IMG/VR virus record: IMGVR_UViG_3300009093_000034 | Location: 62,001-126,000 of that record | Length of the DNA: 64,000 bases | Reading direction: 5' to 3' (one strand) | In this document: one piece after another, positions 30,842-39,276 of the stretch | How positions within the stretch are numbered: position 1 is the first letter of the stretch | How the letters are laid out: every line of letters starts with the position of its first letter | Translations under genes and position numbers: made by a program | Notes under the pieces: generated by a model | What the model saw: only the letters and a program-made list of their open reading frames with translations | Database searches by the model: none | What the model was told of the DNA's origin: nothing

Positions 30842-32485
30842 ATGGCAAAAGAACTCCGATACTCAAACGATTCCAGACAACGCATGTTCAAGGGAGTTGA
30901 CAAGCTTGCAAAAGCTGTCATGACGACTCTTGGCCCAAGAGGACGAACAGTCATCATTCAAAAGACCTTCGGGTCTCCTTTGATCACAAAGGACGGTGTG
31001 ACCGTCGCTAGAGAAATAGAACTTCCAGATCCTTATGAGAACCTAGGTGCTCAGTTGATCAAGGAAGCTGCGATCAGAACTAATGATCTCGCAGGAGACG
31101 GTACCACAACGGCAACAACGTTGGCCTACTCCTTGATCAATCAAGGTCTTAAGAAGATCTCCGAGGGTTTTGACCCGATTGAGATCAAGAAAGGAATGGA
31201 AGAAGCTACTCTTAGAGCTCAGAAACACCTTCAGTCTTTTAAGATGGATGTTCAGGATACCAAAGACATCAGGCATGTTGCAACCATCTCAGCCAACAAC
31301 GATGCAGAACTTGGTGGCCTTCTGGCTGAAGCCTTTGATCACATTGGAAATGACGGAATTGTGACAGTAGAGGATTCTCCAAATCGACAGACCTTTGTCT
31401 CATATTCCGAAGGACTCGAGTATGATGAAGGATACGCAACTCCGTTCATTATCAACGACCCTAGAGGAATTGTTACTTATCAGAACCCAAGGTTCTTGCT
31501 CATTGATAGTGAGCTGAACAGCTTTCACATCATAGTCAAGATACTCGAGAAGTGGACGAGAGACGGTTGTAAGTATCCTTTCGTCATTGTTGCTACTGGG
31601 TTTTCTAACGAAGTTCTGACGACTATCGGTCAGAATGTTCAAGGTGGAAAAAGACCTATAGCTTGTTTCAAAGCTCCAGGTTTTGGAGAGAAGAAACAGG
31701 TTTACTTGAAGGACTTGGCTGCTGCTTTGGGAGCATCCATCTTTACACAACAAGAGGTTGGTCTTCAACTAGCTCAGTTCCAAGAAGAACACCTTGGAAA
31801 AGCTGGTTCCTTGAAGCTTACCTCAAACAGAACAACCATCGTTGATCCTAAGGGAGACGGAGAGGCATTTGAAAAACATGTTCAAGAACTTAGAGAGATG
31901 GAAGCAGAGTCTACTTCAGGCTTTGAAAAAGAACTTCTCCAAGAGCGACTCGCTAAACTCGCTGGTGGAGTTGCTGTGGTTCACGTTGGTGCTTCAACCG
32001 AAGTTGAACTCAAGGAAAAGAAACACAGGGTTGAAGACGCTCTGAATGCAACTAGAGCTGCTCTAGAAGAAGGTATTGTCATCGGTGGAGGAAACACACT
32101 CCTTAGAGTGGCAAAGCTTCTTTCTCAAAACATCAAGAACCTTGGATCACCAGGTTTTATGGCTGGTTACAACGCAGTGGTAAGAGGTCTTAGAGAACCA
32201 TTCTATCAGATCGCTTATAACGCTGGAAAGTCTCTAGAAGATATCGTCGAAGCCGTTCCAATCATTACCAAGACTGGAAGCACCAACATGGGTTGGAACG
32301 CTTTGACTGATACCTTTGGAGACCTATATGAAGAGGGAGTTATCGACCCCATCAAGGTCACTCGATATGCCTTAGAACACGCAGCTTCTGTTGCTGCTAT
32401 CTTCATGGTGGTTGAGTGTGCTATCATCGATCAAGGAAACATCCGTGTCGTACCTAATGGCTCGGAGTTAATGGGAGAATTCTAA
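30842..32485 (+). CDS. groEL: chaperonin GroEL (phage-encoded)
   Basis: MAKELRY...TLGPRGR...TKDGVTVAREI...AGDGTTTAT...ERLAKLAGGVAV...GGG; start set at MAKE. Confidence 0.97.
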   Translation: MAKELRYSNDSRQRMFKGVDKLAKAVMTTLGPRGRTVIIQKTFGSPLITKDGVTVAREIELPDPYENLGAQLIKEAAIRTNDLAGDGTTTATTLAYSLINQGLKKISEGFDPIEIKKGMEEATLRAQKHLQSFKMDVQDTKDIRHVATISANNDAELGGLLAEAFDHIGNDGIVTVEDSPNRQTFVSYSEGLEYDEGYATPFIINDPRGIVTYQNPRFLLIDSELNSFHIIVKILEKWTRDGCKYPFVIVATGFSNEVLTTIGQNVQGGKRPIACFKAPGFGEKKQVYLKDLAAALGASIFTQQEVGLQLAQFQEEHLGKAGSLKLTSNRTTIVDPKGDGEAFEKHVQELREMEAESTSGFEKELLQERLAKLAGGVAVVHVGASTEVELKEKKHRVEDALNATRAALEEGIVIGGGNTLLRVAKLLSQNIKNLGSPGFMAGYNAVVRGLREPFYQIAYNAGKSLEDIVEAVPIITKTGSTNMGWNALTDTFGDLYEEGVIDPIKVTRYALEHAASVAAIFMVVECAIIDQGNIRVVPNGSELMGEF

Positions 32486-32486
32486 A

Positions 32487-32768
32487 ATGGCAAAAGACGT
32501 GATTGAGACTAGAGGTCTCTTTCAAGTAAGAATCACACCTACCCTCAAGTGGCCGTTCAAGACCATGCCTATTTTTTATGATTCTAGGCACGTGTTCTTG
32601 AACACCAAAGACGCTGAGGCTTATAAGCCCTCCTTTGTTGAAGCGGCCATCGAGGCCGGGTTGATCATTGAACCCAATGACAAACAAAAGAAAAAGGGAA
32701 TTGAGACCTTCACTGTCACGGTGATTCCTCTAGAACTTGTAATCAGAGAAGGATCTTTGAAGTCATGA
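32487..32768 (+). CDS. hypothetical protein (not GroES-like)
   Basis: No GroES PLxDRV or mobile-loop motif. Confidence 0.55.
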   Translation: MAKDVIETRGLFQVRITPTLKWPFKTMPIFYDSRHVFLNTKDAEAYKPSFVEAAIEAGLIIEPNDKQKKKGIETFTVTVIPLELVIREGSLKS

Positions 32769-33172
32769 GCAACGATGTAGAACAAGGATACAACAACTTC
32801 ACGAACTATGATCTAGTTCAAGATGAAACCAAGAAGAGTGTTGACATGTCCTTTCCAGTCCTTTACTCAAAGGCCATGAATGAACTTTGCAACTTCTACA
32901 GCGTTCCATTAGATCTTCAGAAGATTCTTCAAGACAAGAGAGATTTTGGACTTAAAAAGTACGGAGAAAGATCTTTCCAAGGTAGTCTTGAAAACACACT
33001 AAGTGTCCCAATTTGGCTTCATCTTCATGATGAACTCGTGGACGCAATCAACTACTCCCTTCACTACATCTATCGGATTGGTCTAGCAGGTGAAGAAGGA
33101 AAAAGAGAAAAGCTTGAAGAAATTCTCAAGATTCTTCTTGATTTGATCGGAAATAAGCTTGAAAGACTCTAA
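32765..33172 (+). CDS. all-alpha NTP pyrophosphohydrolase-like protein
   Basis: KRDFGLKKYG...WLHLHDELVDAINY pattern. Confidence 0.5.
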   Translation: MSNDVEQGYNNFTNYDLVQDETKKSVDMSFPVLYSKAMNELCNFYSVPLDLQKILQDKRDFGLKKYGERSFQGSLENTLSVPIWLHLHDELVDAINYSLHYIYRIGLAGEEGKREKLEEILKILLDLIGNKLERL

Positions 33173-33437
33173 TCCTTTCAAGATTGGAGATATTGTATTC
33201 ATGAGACAGGCTGGTCTCAAGAGCATGATCTACTATGCCGAGAAAGGCCGAAAGTGGGAGTGTCCATGTACTTGGCACGGCATCACTGCTCCAATCACAA
33301 ACATTCAAGGTGATTTTTGTACTCTGGAACCTGAGACTGGAAGGACATCTGTCTTTCACAGATCAGACTTGGCCAGATCTATACAAGAGTCTCCAACAAG
33401 ACCTGAAGAAGTCTTCAGCTGTGAAGACCCAGACTGA
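33159..33437 (+). CDS. hypothetical protein
   Basis: ORF track; SH3-like FKIGDIV start. Confidence 0.5.
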   Translation: MKDSNPFKIGDIVFMRQAGLKSMIYYAEKGRKWECPCTWHGITAPITNIQGDFCTLEPETGRTSVFHRSDLARSIQESPTRPEEVFSCEDPD

Positions 33438-33463
33438 CTAATTTCTTCAAGGAATCAAAAACC

Positions 33464-33937
33464 ATGAAGAAGAGTAAAGAGAACTACCTAATCGTTGGTG
33501 GTAAAGAACTTAGTGCAGGTGTCGTTCTAACAGATGGCTCCTACATTTTAGGTTGTCTTCCCTTTGGTAGATCCTCTGGACCTAGACAATATGATCTTCC
33601 AAAAGGTCACGTTGAGGTTGGAGAGAAACCTAAAGAAGCTGCCATTCGAGAGATGGCAGAAGAAACTGGAATTCATCAACAAGAAGATTGGTTGATCGAT
33701 GTAGGTCAAATGGCTTACACTCCAAAGAAGAACCTTCATCTCTTCTTAAGTCTTCCAGATGCTCTTCCAGCCACAAAAGATCTTCGATGTAGTACCTACT
33801 TTGAGATTGGAGAAAAGGGAAAACAAGTACCTGAGATCATCGGATACAAGTGGATTCCGACTAATGAGCTTCATTGGTTCTTCCCAAGACTCGAACCTCT
33901 AGTTGCAACTGCTCTTAGAAAACTAGAGAATTTGTAA
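33464..33937 (+). CDS. NUDIX hydrolase
   Basis: Nudix box PKGHVEVGEKPKEAAIREMAEETG. Confidence 0.92.
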   Translation: MKKSKENYLIVGGKELSAGVVLTDGSYILGCLPFGRSSGPRQYDLPKGHVEVGEKPKEAAIREMAEETGIHQQEDWLIDVGQMAYTPKKNLHLFLSLPDALPATKDLRCSTYFEIGEKGKQVPEIIGYKWIPTNELHWFFPRLEPLVATALRKLENL

Positions 33938-33959
33938 AAGTCATGACAAGGAAAATAAA

Positions 33960-34637
33960 ATGTCCCAAGATAACATTCTCTCTCAAGATGAGATTGATGA
34001 ACTTCTAACAGCCATATCTGTTGGAGGTTATGAAGATCAGGATTCTACAGAGCCTCCTTTTAGAGACATGTATGGTGATAAACATAAGAGGATCAAGATC
34101 TATGACTTCAAGAGACCTGACGTTCTAACTAAGGAACAAATCAGGATCCTAAGTAAGATCCATGAGCAAGCTTCAAGAGAGCTTCAGAAAACTCTTGCCC
34201 AGAGTTTTGATACTGAGGTCTTTAGGATCGCAGTAGCATCAGTAGACCAACTTCAGTACGAAGAATACACTAGAAGTATTAACAACCCGTCCCTAAACTA
34301 TTTCTTTGACGTCAATGATCTTGTTACCAATGTATCGTTGGAACTAGATCTCAAGTTCATCACAAAGTTCATAGTTAGAAGTATGGATGGCATAGCCAAA
34401 GATAAGTTCATTGACTACAATGAACATCACATCATTCGTGATGATGAATACGCTGAGTTTATTAAAGACAGAGACGTTGTATTAAAAGTTGTGAACCAAA
34501 TTTGGGAAACTCTTGATGTCCATTGGAACACATCTCTAGGAAGATCTAGAGATGATCAAGATCCTTCTTCTAACAAAGTCCAAATCGATGCAAACCCTCA
34601 GTTTCTTACTAACCTCTCTCTCCTGAAGAGATGTTAG
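33960..34637 (+). CDS. fliM: FliM-like protein, N-terminal and middle domains (frameshifted at a CT tract)
   Basis: ILSQDEIDELLTAIS (CheY-P binding), IKIYDFKRPD..TKEQIR, VASVDQLQYEEYTRSI, IDANPQF. Confidence 0.88.
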   Translation: MSQDNILSQDEIDELLTAISVGGYEDQDSTEPPFRDMYGDKHKRIKIYDFKRPDVLTKEQIRILSKIHEQASRELQKTLAQSFDTEVFRIAVASVDQLQYEEYTRSINNPSLNYFFDVNDLVTNVSLELDLKFITKFIVRSMDGIAKDKFIDYNEHHIIRDDEYAEFIKDRDVVLKVVNQIWETLDVHWNTSLGRSRDDQDPSSNKVQIDANPQFLTNLSLLKRC

Positions 34638-35098
34638 TTCTAATTACCTATGAGATCTCTATCAAAGATAGACAAGATCTTGATCAGGAACCAGACGAGT
34701 TCATGATGTGCATAGCTTATCCAAGAACCATGTTTACCAAAGAGGTACTGGAGTTACTCCAACCTGATTGGATGAATCAACGATTAGGATTAAATAACAA
34801 AAAACCTAAGAAGGTACAAAAAATGTCACTTAGCGAAGACGCTACAAAGAACTTCAAGCTTATTCAAGGAACAGAGCTTCCTATTGAGGTCCGTCTGGGA
34901 AAGACCAGTAAACCTCTTCAAGATGTCCTGAAGATTGGTGAAGGAACTATTCTGTCACTTGACAAGCTTGCGGGAGAAGCTGTTGATGTTTTTGTCAACG
35001 GAGTTCTCTTTGCAAAAGGCGAAGTGGTTGTTATCGACGAGAACTTTGGTGTTCGAGTAACCGAGGTTCTTGGAGACCAAGATGGAACGTCTGAATAA
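34631..35098 (+). CDS. fliN: end of the FliM middle domain plus FliN/FliY-type SpoA domain
   Basis: EEMLVLITYE...MMCIAYP then IEVRLGKT...GEGTILSLDKLAGEAVDVFVNGVLFAKGEVVVIDENFGVRVTE. Confidence 0.9.
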   Translation: MLVLITYEISIKDRQDLDQEPDEFMMCIAYPRTMFTKEVLELLQPDWMNQRLGLNNKKPKKVQKMSLSEDATKNFKLIQGTELPIEVRLGKTSKPLQDVLKIGEGTILSLDKLAGEAVDVFVNGVLFAKGEVVVIDENFGVRVTEVLGDQDGTSE

Positions 35099-36259
35099 AA
35101 AGATCTTTATGGAAGCATATCCTATTGTTAGGAAGGATTTTCCTAACTCTGTAAAAGACAAGATCAAATCAGAGTTTGCTATAATTCATTCAAAGACCGT
35201 AGAAGTTAAACCAGTCCAAGAGATACAAATCTACGATCCTAGACGGGTCATGTACGGTCCTGATCTTGGTTATGGTAGAGATGATCCACGAGATAAGGTC
35301 CAGATTCGTAGAGTGGTGAAGCTAGTTCCGGTAGAAAAACTAGATGAAAGTATCTATTCATTGATTTATTGTCATACCATTGAAGTTATCAAAGAGTATA
35401 CTTTTCTTGAGTGGGATTCAGTTTTGGATCCAAAACGCTACATCTAAGGAAACATCATGTTAACGGAAGAGGAAGAGCTCGTAGCCGAGATCGTTTCTCG
35501 TTACGCAACTCGAATGGCCAGAAATGGCATTGCTATCCCCATGGGAGAAGCTTCTATTGAACTTTTGACCTGGAACAAAACCAAGCCATTGAATCTTTGG
35601 GGTCTCTTGGAAGCTTCAGAAGAAGACATTGTACATGACGTTGGCGGAATCCGTGTCAATTGGAAAGGCTCTAAGAAAATTGGACATTTCCAACCAATCT
35701 TTGAACCAATCTACGCTTAAAGGAAAATGAAATGAGTGGAAACTCAGGCGGACTTTATCAAGGACAGGTTGTCCTTCACAAAGGTAAAGAAAAGACAATC
35801 AAGAACTGGCACTTTATCGGAGATCCACAAGGTGGACATAACTCCGACATCATCTTCATTCAGTTCAAAGATGGAACTGACACCAAGCAAGAAGGTTTTA
35901 CTCACATTGAGTACACCGGAAAAGAGAAAGAAGAACAGGTTCGTCGCCACAATGAGTGGAAAGAAGAACAAGAGAACAAACCTGGAATCTTCGAACGATT
36001 TCTTCTTGAAAGATATAACAAAAAGGTTGAGAAGAAACTTTTTGGTCTTTGGGAAACTAGAGACTTGATTGGATCAATGGTTGTTGTCTCTCACTTTAAG
36101 GATTTTGATCTAGCAGATCAGGTCCAAGTGGGTATCTTGGAAAGAATTGACGGTAAGTACTTTTACCTTCAAGGAAGTAAGAGAGGCTGGAGACATTGCC
36201 GAGTGGTAGAGAAGCAAGAGGTTTTCTTGGTCAAAGACCAAGATGAAGACGATGAGTAA
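35070..36259 (+). CDS. hypothetical proteins (35070-35447; 35457-35720 DUF6874-like; 35732-36259)
   Basis: PLNLWGLLEASEEDIVHDVGGI resembles DUF6874; others unassigned. Confidence 0.5.
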
Positions 36260-36533
36260 ATGCACTCTTTGTGGTCGAGAAGGTGACTCTCAGTATTTTG
36301 AGGAACATCATCTTACTCCGGCCTCGATGAGAAAGACAAGTGACACGATCACTGTTGATCATCAGTGTGGAGACCAGATCCATCAACTCTTCGAAAACTA
36401 TCAACTAAAGACTCAATACAACACTCTTGAAAAACTTCTATCTTCTGATAAGGTTCAGAACTGGGTGAAGTGGGTTAGAAAACAACCTCTTGAAAAGAGA
36501 GTTGTGATGGCTCAAAAGAAAAGAAAGAAATGA
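36243..36533 (+). CDS. HNH-like small protein
   Basis: CTLCGR...EEHHLTP...HQCGDQIH. Confidence 0.6.
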   Translation: MKTMSKCTLCGREGDSQYFEEHHLTPASMRKTSDTITVDHQCGDQIHQLFENYQLKTQYNTLEKLLSSDKVQNWVKWVRKQPLEKRVVMAQKKRKK

Positions 36534-36787
36534 GTTTCATAGATAAATTGAAAGATGGTAAGATGGTTCAAGTCAAACTCGAGAAGAAGTATGGCGAAGA
36601 AATCATAACTACCACAGCATGGGTGGATGTTTCTGAACGATCTAAAAGGATCAAAGTAGGAGACACCATCACGATTTCTACTCACCCAGACCCAGAAGGG
36701 AGATGGTTAGTAAAAGAGATCTTCTCTGAAGACCAAAATATTGGACGATCAGACCTTCATACGGATTGGCCTGTCGGAGGCTTGTGA
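36530..36787 (+). CDS. hypothetical protein
   Basis: Coupled ORF. Confidence 0.5.
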   Translation: MSFIDKLKDGKMVQVKLEKKYGEEIITTTAWVDVSERSKRIKVGDTITISTHPDPEGRWLVKEIFSEDQNIGRSDLHTDWPVGGL

Positions 36788-37062
36788 TGCCAAGAGTCTT
36801 GAACCTTCTTAAAGAAGGAAGACCAAGGGGTTCTGTATACATTGGGAGACCAAGTGTGTACGGGAACCCCTTTATTCTTGATGTTCATGGAACCAGAGAA
36901 GAGGTCATCAAGAAGTATGAAGATTGGGTAGTGACTCAACCTGATATGATCTATTCGATCAAAAAAGAATTAAAAGGAAAAGATCTAGTTTGTTTTTGTG
37001 CCCCTCTTCCATGTCATGGGGACATCTTACTGAAGATCGCAAATGAGGATCAAAATGAGTAG
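36787..37062 (+). CDS. DUF4326 family protein
   Basis: VYIGRPSVYGNPF...LKGKDLVCFCAPLPCHGDIL. Confidence 0.85.
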   Translation: MPRVLNLLKEGRPRGSVYIGRPSVYGNPFILDVHGTREEVIKKYEDWVVTQPDMIYSIKKELKGKDLVCFCAPLPCHGDILLKIANEDQNE

Positions 37063-37537
37063 TCCATTAGAAGAGTATCTTTCACCTGGAGTTTTTAAGA
37101 CAGCATATGCTATTCTTAGAAATGCCTCAGATGAAGTTCAAAAGATTGTTGTCGAACACATTGACACTCACAAGTACTTTCTAAATCTTAATGTTCAGTC
37201 TAGAGAGATCTCTCCTTCTGAAGCCTATTCTAGCTGGGTGGAGTATGTCTTTGAACCTCACTATCAAGTGTCTCAAAAAACATCTCCCAAGGTAAGTGGA
37301 GACATCAGAATCAAGGAGACCCTTGCTCTTTGTACGATCTCGTTCTTTCTAAAAAGATATCTTCCAAAAGAACAAATCGAGGTTCATCCTAAGTTGTCTA
37401 TGGCTTACTTAGATAGCTATTGTGGGCTAGGAAGATTTGGATTTTTCTGGGAACATCTCTTGAGAGCCAAAACCAAGAGATGGTCCGGATACTCTGTTTT
37501 GAAAGAACTTGACAAAAAGTTTGTTGAACGATTATAG
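37055..37537 (+). CDS. DUF4032-like protein
   Basis: VEHIDTHKYFLN...EAYSSWVEYVFEP resembles the DUF4032 C-terminal region. Confidence 0.5.
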   Translation: MSSPLEEYLSPGVFKTAYAILRNASDEVQKIVVEHIDTHKYFLNLNVQSREISPSEAYSSWVEYVFEPHYQVSQKTSPKVSGDIRIKETLALCTISFFLKRYLPKEQIEVHPKLSMAYLDSYCGLGRFGFFWEHLLRAKTKRWSGYSVLKELDKKFVERL

Positions 37538-37602
37538 ATAAAAATCTATCAAATAAAATCTGAGTAGCATGTACTAATTCCTTTAAATGGAGGAATTTTT
37601 AT

Positions 37603-38145
37603 ATGCTTACTCTTGTTTGGAAACGAGGGGATAAGTTCCTTTACGTATACAAAGGCTACGGAGTAGCTGGTGAGACTCAGGTGGTTTTAACTGTACCTGT
37701 GTTTAACATTGTTCGTAATGAGATAGACCCGGATCATCCTAGACCACTTCACGACCCTAGTGACGTGGTAACGACCGAGCCAGAAGGAGACTCTCAAGCC
37801 CATCCTTTCATGCCTCGATACTTTCCAAGTGGAACGTGGAAGATCATCACGATCCTCGCTCACCCTAAAGAAGAACCTTATCTCTATCCATTCTTCATCG
37901 CCACTGAAGCTTGGCAAAAGCTCCCAGTTTGGGCTACCGATGCAGCAGGTGGATATGACCATGTTACTGACCAACTAGTCGTAGACGTTGGCTATGGTCT
38001 TCACAACTCGAGTTCAAGTACGACCCTTGGTTGCATCAGAATCGGAGATGTGAATGATCCAAGTTATCTTCTTCAAGTTGTCAATCTTCTCAAGCCAGCC
38101 TTAGCTGATGGTGGAGAAGGAGCTCAGATAAAGGTCACAGATTAA
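37603..38145 (+). CDS. L,D-transpeptidase/YkuD-like peptidoglycan enzyme, endolysin candidate
   Basis: FPSGTWKI...GYGLHNSSSSTTLGCIRI (His...GC catalytic pattern). Confidence 0.6.
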   Translation: MLTLVWKRGDKFLYVYKGYGVAGETQVVLTVPVFNIVRNEIDPDHPRPLHDPSDVVTTEPEGDSQAHPFMPRYFPSGTWKIITILAHPKEEPYLYPFFIATEAWQKLPVWATDAAGGYDHVTDQLVVDVGYGLHNSSSSTTLGCIRIGDVNDPSYLLQVVNLLKPALADGGEGAQIKVTD

Positions 38146-38154
38146 GGAGAATCT

Positions 38155-38517
38155 ATGTCAGATAACAAAACCCCTGCTCCTGTAGCAGACGCACAAAAAG
38201 TAGCTGAAGGTATCGGAGGATTCATCACCAAAGAGATCCACGATAAAAGATTCAAGCAGACCATTCTTTGGTTTGGATCTTTGATCCTTGCCTTAGCAGT
38301 TCTTTTCATTGGATATGAAAAGTTGGTCACAGAACCAGCTCAACAGAAGCTTGTAGCTCAAAGCCAACAAGTTCTTCAAGATGCCAAGAACACCCAAGCT
38401 TTAACTCAAGCTTTGGCAGACACCTGGAAGTCACAGAACAAGACCTACGCCACTACCTTTGACAACAACCTCAAAGCTGCCGGTTTTACCAAATCAACAG
38501 ATGGAGGAAACAAGTAA
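38155..38517 (+). CDS. single-TM coiled-coil membrane protein (spanin-like)
   Basis: One TM helix followed by a Gln/Ala-rich coil; downstream of the endolysin candidate. Confidence 0.45.
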   Translation: MSDNKTPAPVADAQKVAEGIGGFITKEIHDKRFKQTILWFGSLILALAVLFIGYEKLVTEPAQQKLVAQSQQVLQDAKNTQALTQALADTWKSQNKTYATTFDNNLKAAGFTKSTDGGNK

Positions 38518-39041
38518 TGAATAAACTTCTTCTTTCTGTTCTTTTCTTTCTTTGTTTAGGAGCTTTTGGTTTTAGCCAAGACGTACCAGCACCTGTTGAT
38601 GCTCCTAACCTTACCATAGTGGTAGGGTCAGACCATTACACCAGAGACCTTCCTTCTACTCTTGCTGAGTCTCAGAGTTTGAACATTCAGCTTGTCAGTT
38701 TGATCAATCAACTTGTGGTTCTTTACACAGCGAACGATCAACAAAATGTAGAGAAGATCAACGCTCTTTTGACTGGAGCTCAGAAAACAGTTGAAGCTGC
38801 AACCACAGAGAACAAAACATTGTCTCAAACAGCCTTTGCTAGGGTTAAGACCTTTGCTCTAGGCGGATATGTTCTAATTAATCCGTTCCCTTCTATTGGT
38901 GGTTTCAATTACGGTTTCGGTCCACAAGCAACTCTTAACATCTTCAACACCTTTTTATTGAATGCTGGTGTTGGTCTTGAGATTGATGCAAAGGATCTTC
39001 GACCACAGTTTCAAGTTAGCTTAAGCACTTGGCTCTTCTAA
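38517..39041 (+). CDS. secreted protein with C-terminal outer-membrane beta-strand signature
   Basis: Signal peptide, coiled coil, amphipathic strands ending ...QVSLSTWLF. Confidence 0.5.
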   Translation: MNKLLLSVLFFLCLGAFGFSQDVPAPVDAPNLTIVVGSDHYTRDLPSTLAESQSLNIQLVSLINQLVVLYTANDQQNVEKINALLTGAQKTVEAATTENKTLSQTAFARVKTFALGGYVLINPFPSIGGFNYGFGPQATLNIFNTFLLNAGVGLEIDAKDLRPQFQVSLSTWLF

Positions 39042-39057
39042 TCAATTTCTTAAAAAC

Positions 39058-39084
39058 AAAAGGGACCAATTTGGTCCCTTTTTT
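39058..39084. terminator. intrinsic terminator
   Basis: AAAAGGGACC-AATTT-GGTCCCTTTTTT. Confidence 0.85.
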
Positions 39085-39107
39085 ATTGTCTTTGTGACTA
39101 ATTGTTC

Positions 39108-39275
39108 ATGCTACCTTACATGACAAGCGACACCCCAAAAGACATACAAGAAATTTATGAATCTCTCAAAAAGCTCGGATGGATAGTGTTGTCTCATCAT
39201 AGCCTATCTCAAGAAGATGGACCATTTGCTAGATTATTGCTTGTTGTAGGAAAAGACAAAGAGTTAGAAAAGTAA
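39108..39275 (+). CDS. small hypothetical protein (55 aa, not in ORF track)
   Basis: ATG 4 nt after ACTAATT; open frame MLPYMTSD...KELEK. Confidence 0.55.
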   Translation: MLPYMTSDTPKDIQEIYESLKKLGWIVLSHHSLSQEDGPFARLLLVVGKDKELEK

Positions 39276-39276
39276 C

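Noticed and set aside
32487-32768. GroES candidate by position and size
   Set aside because: Lacks GroES sequence motifs.
33960-35098. Window is a bacterial chromosome segment because of fliM/fliN and groEL
   Set aside because: No flanking flagellar or housekeeping operons; the context is tail fibres, phage promoter motifs and dense short ORFs.
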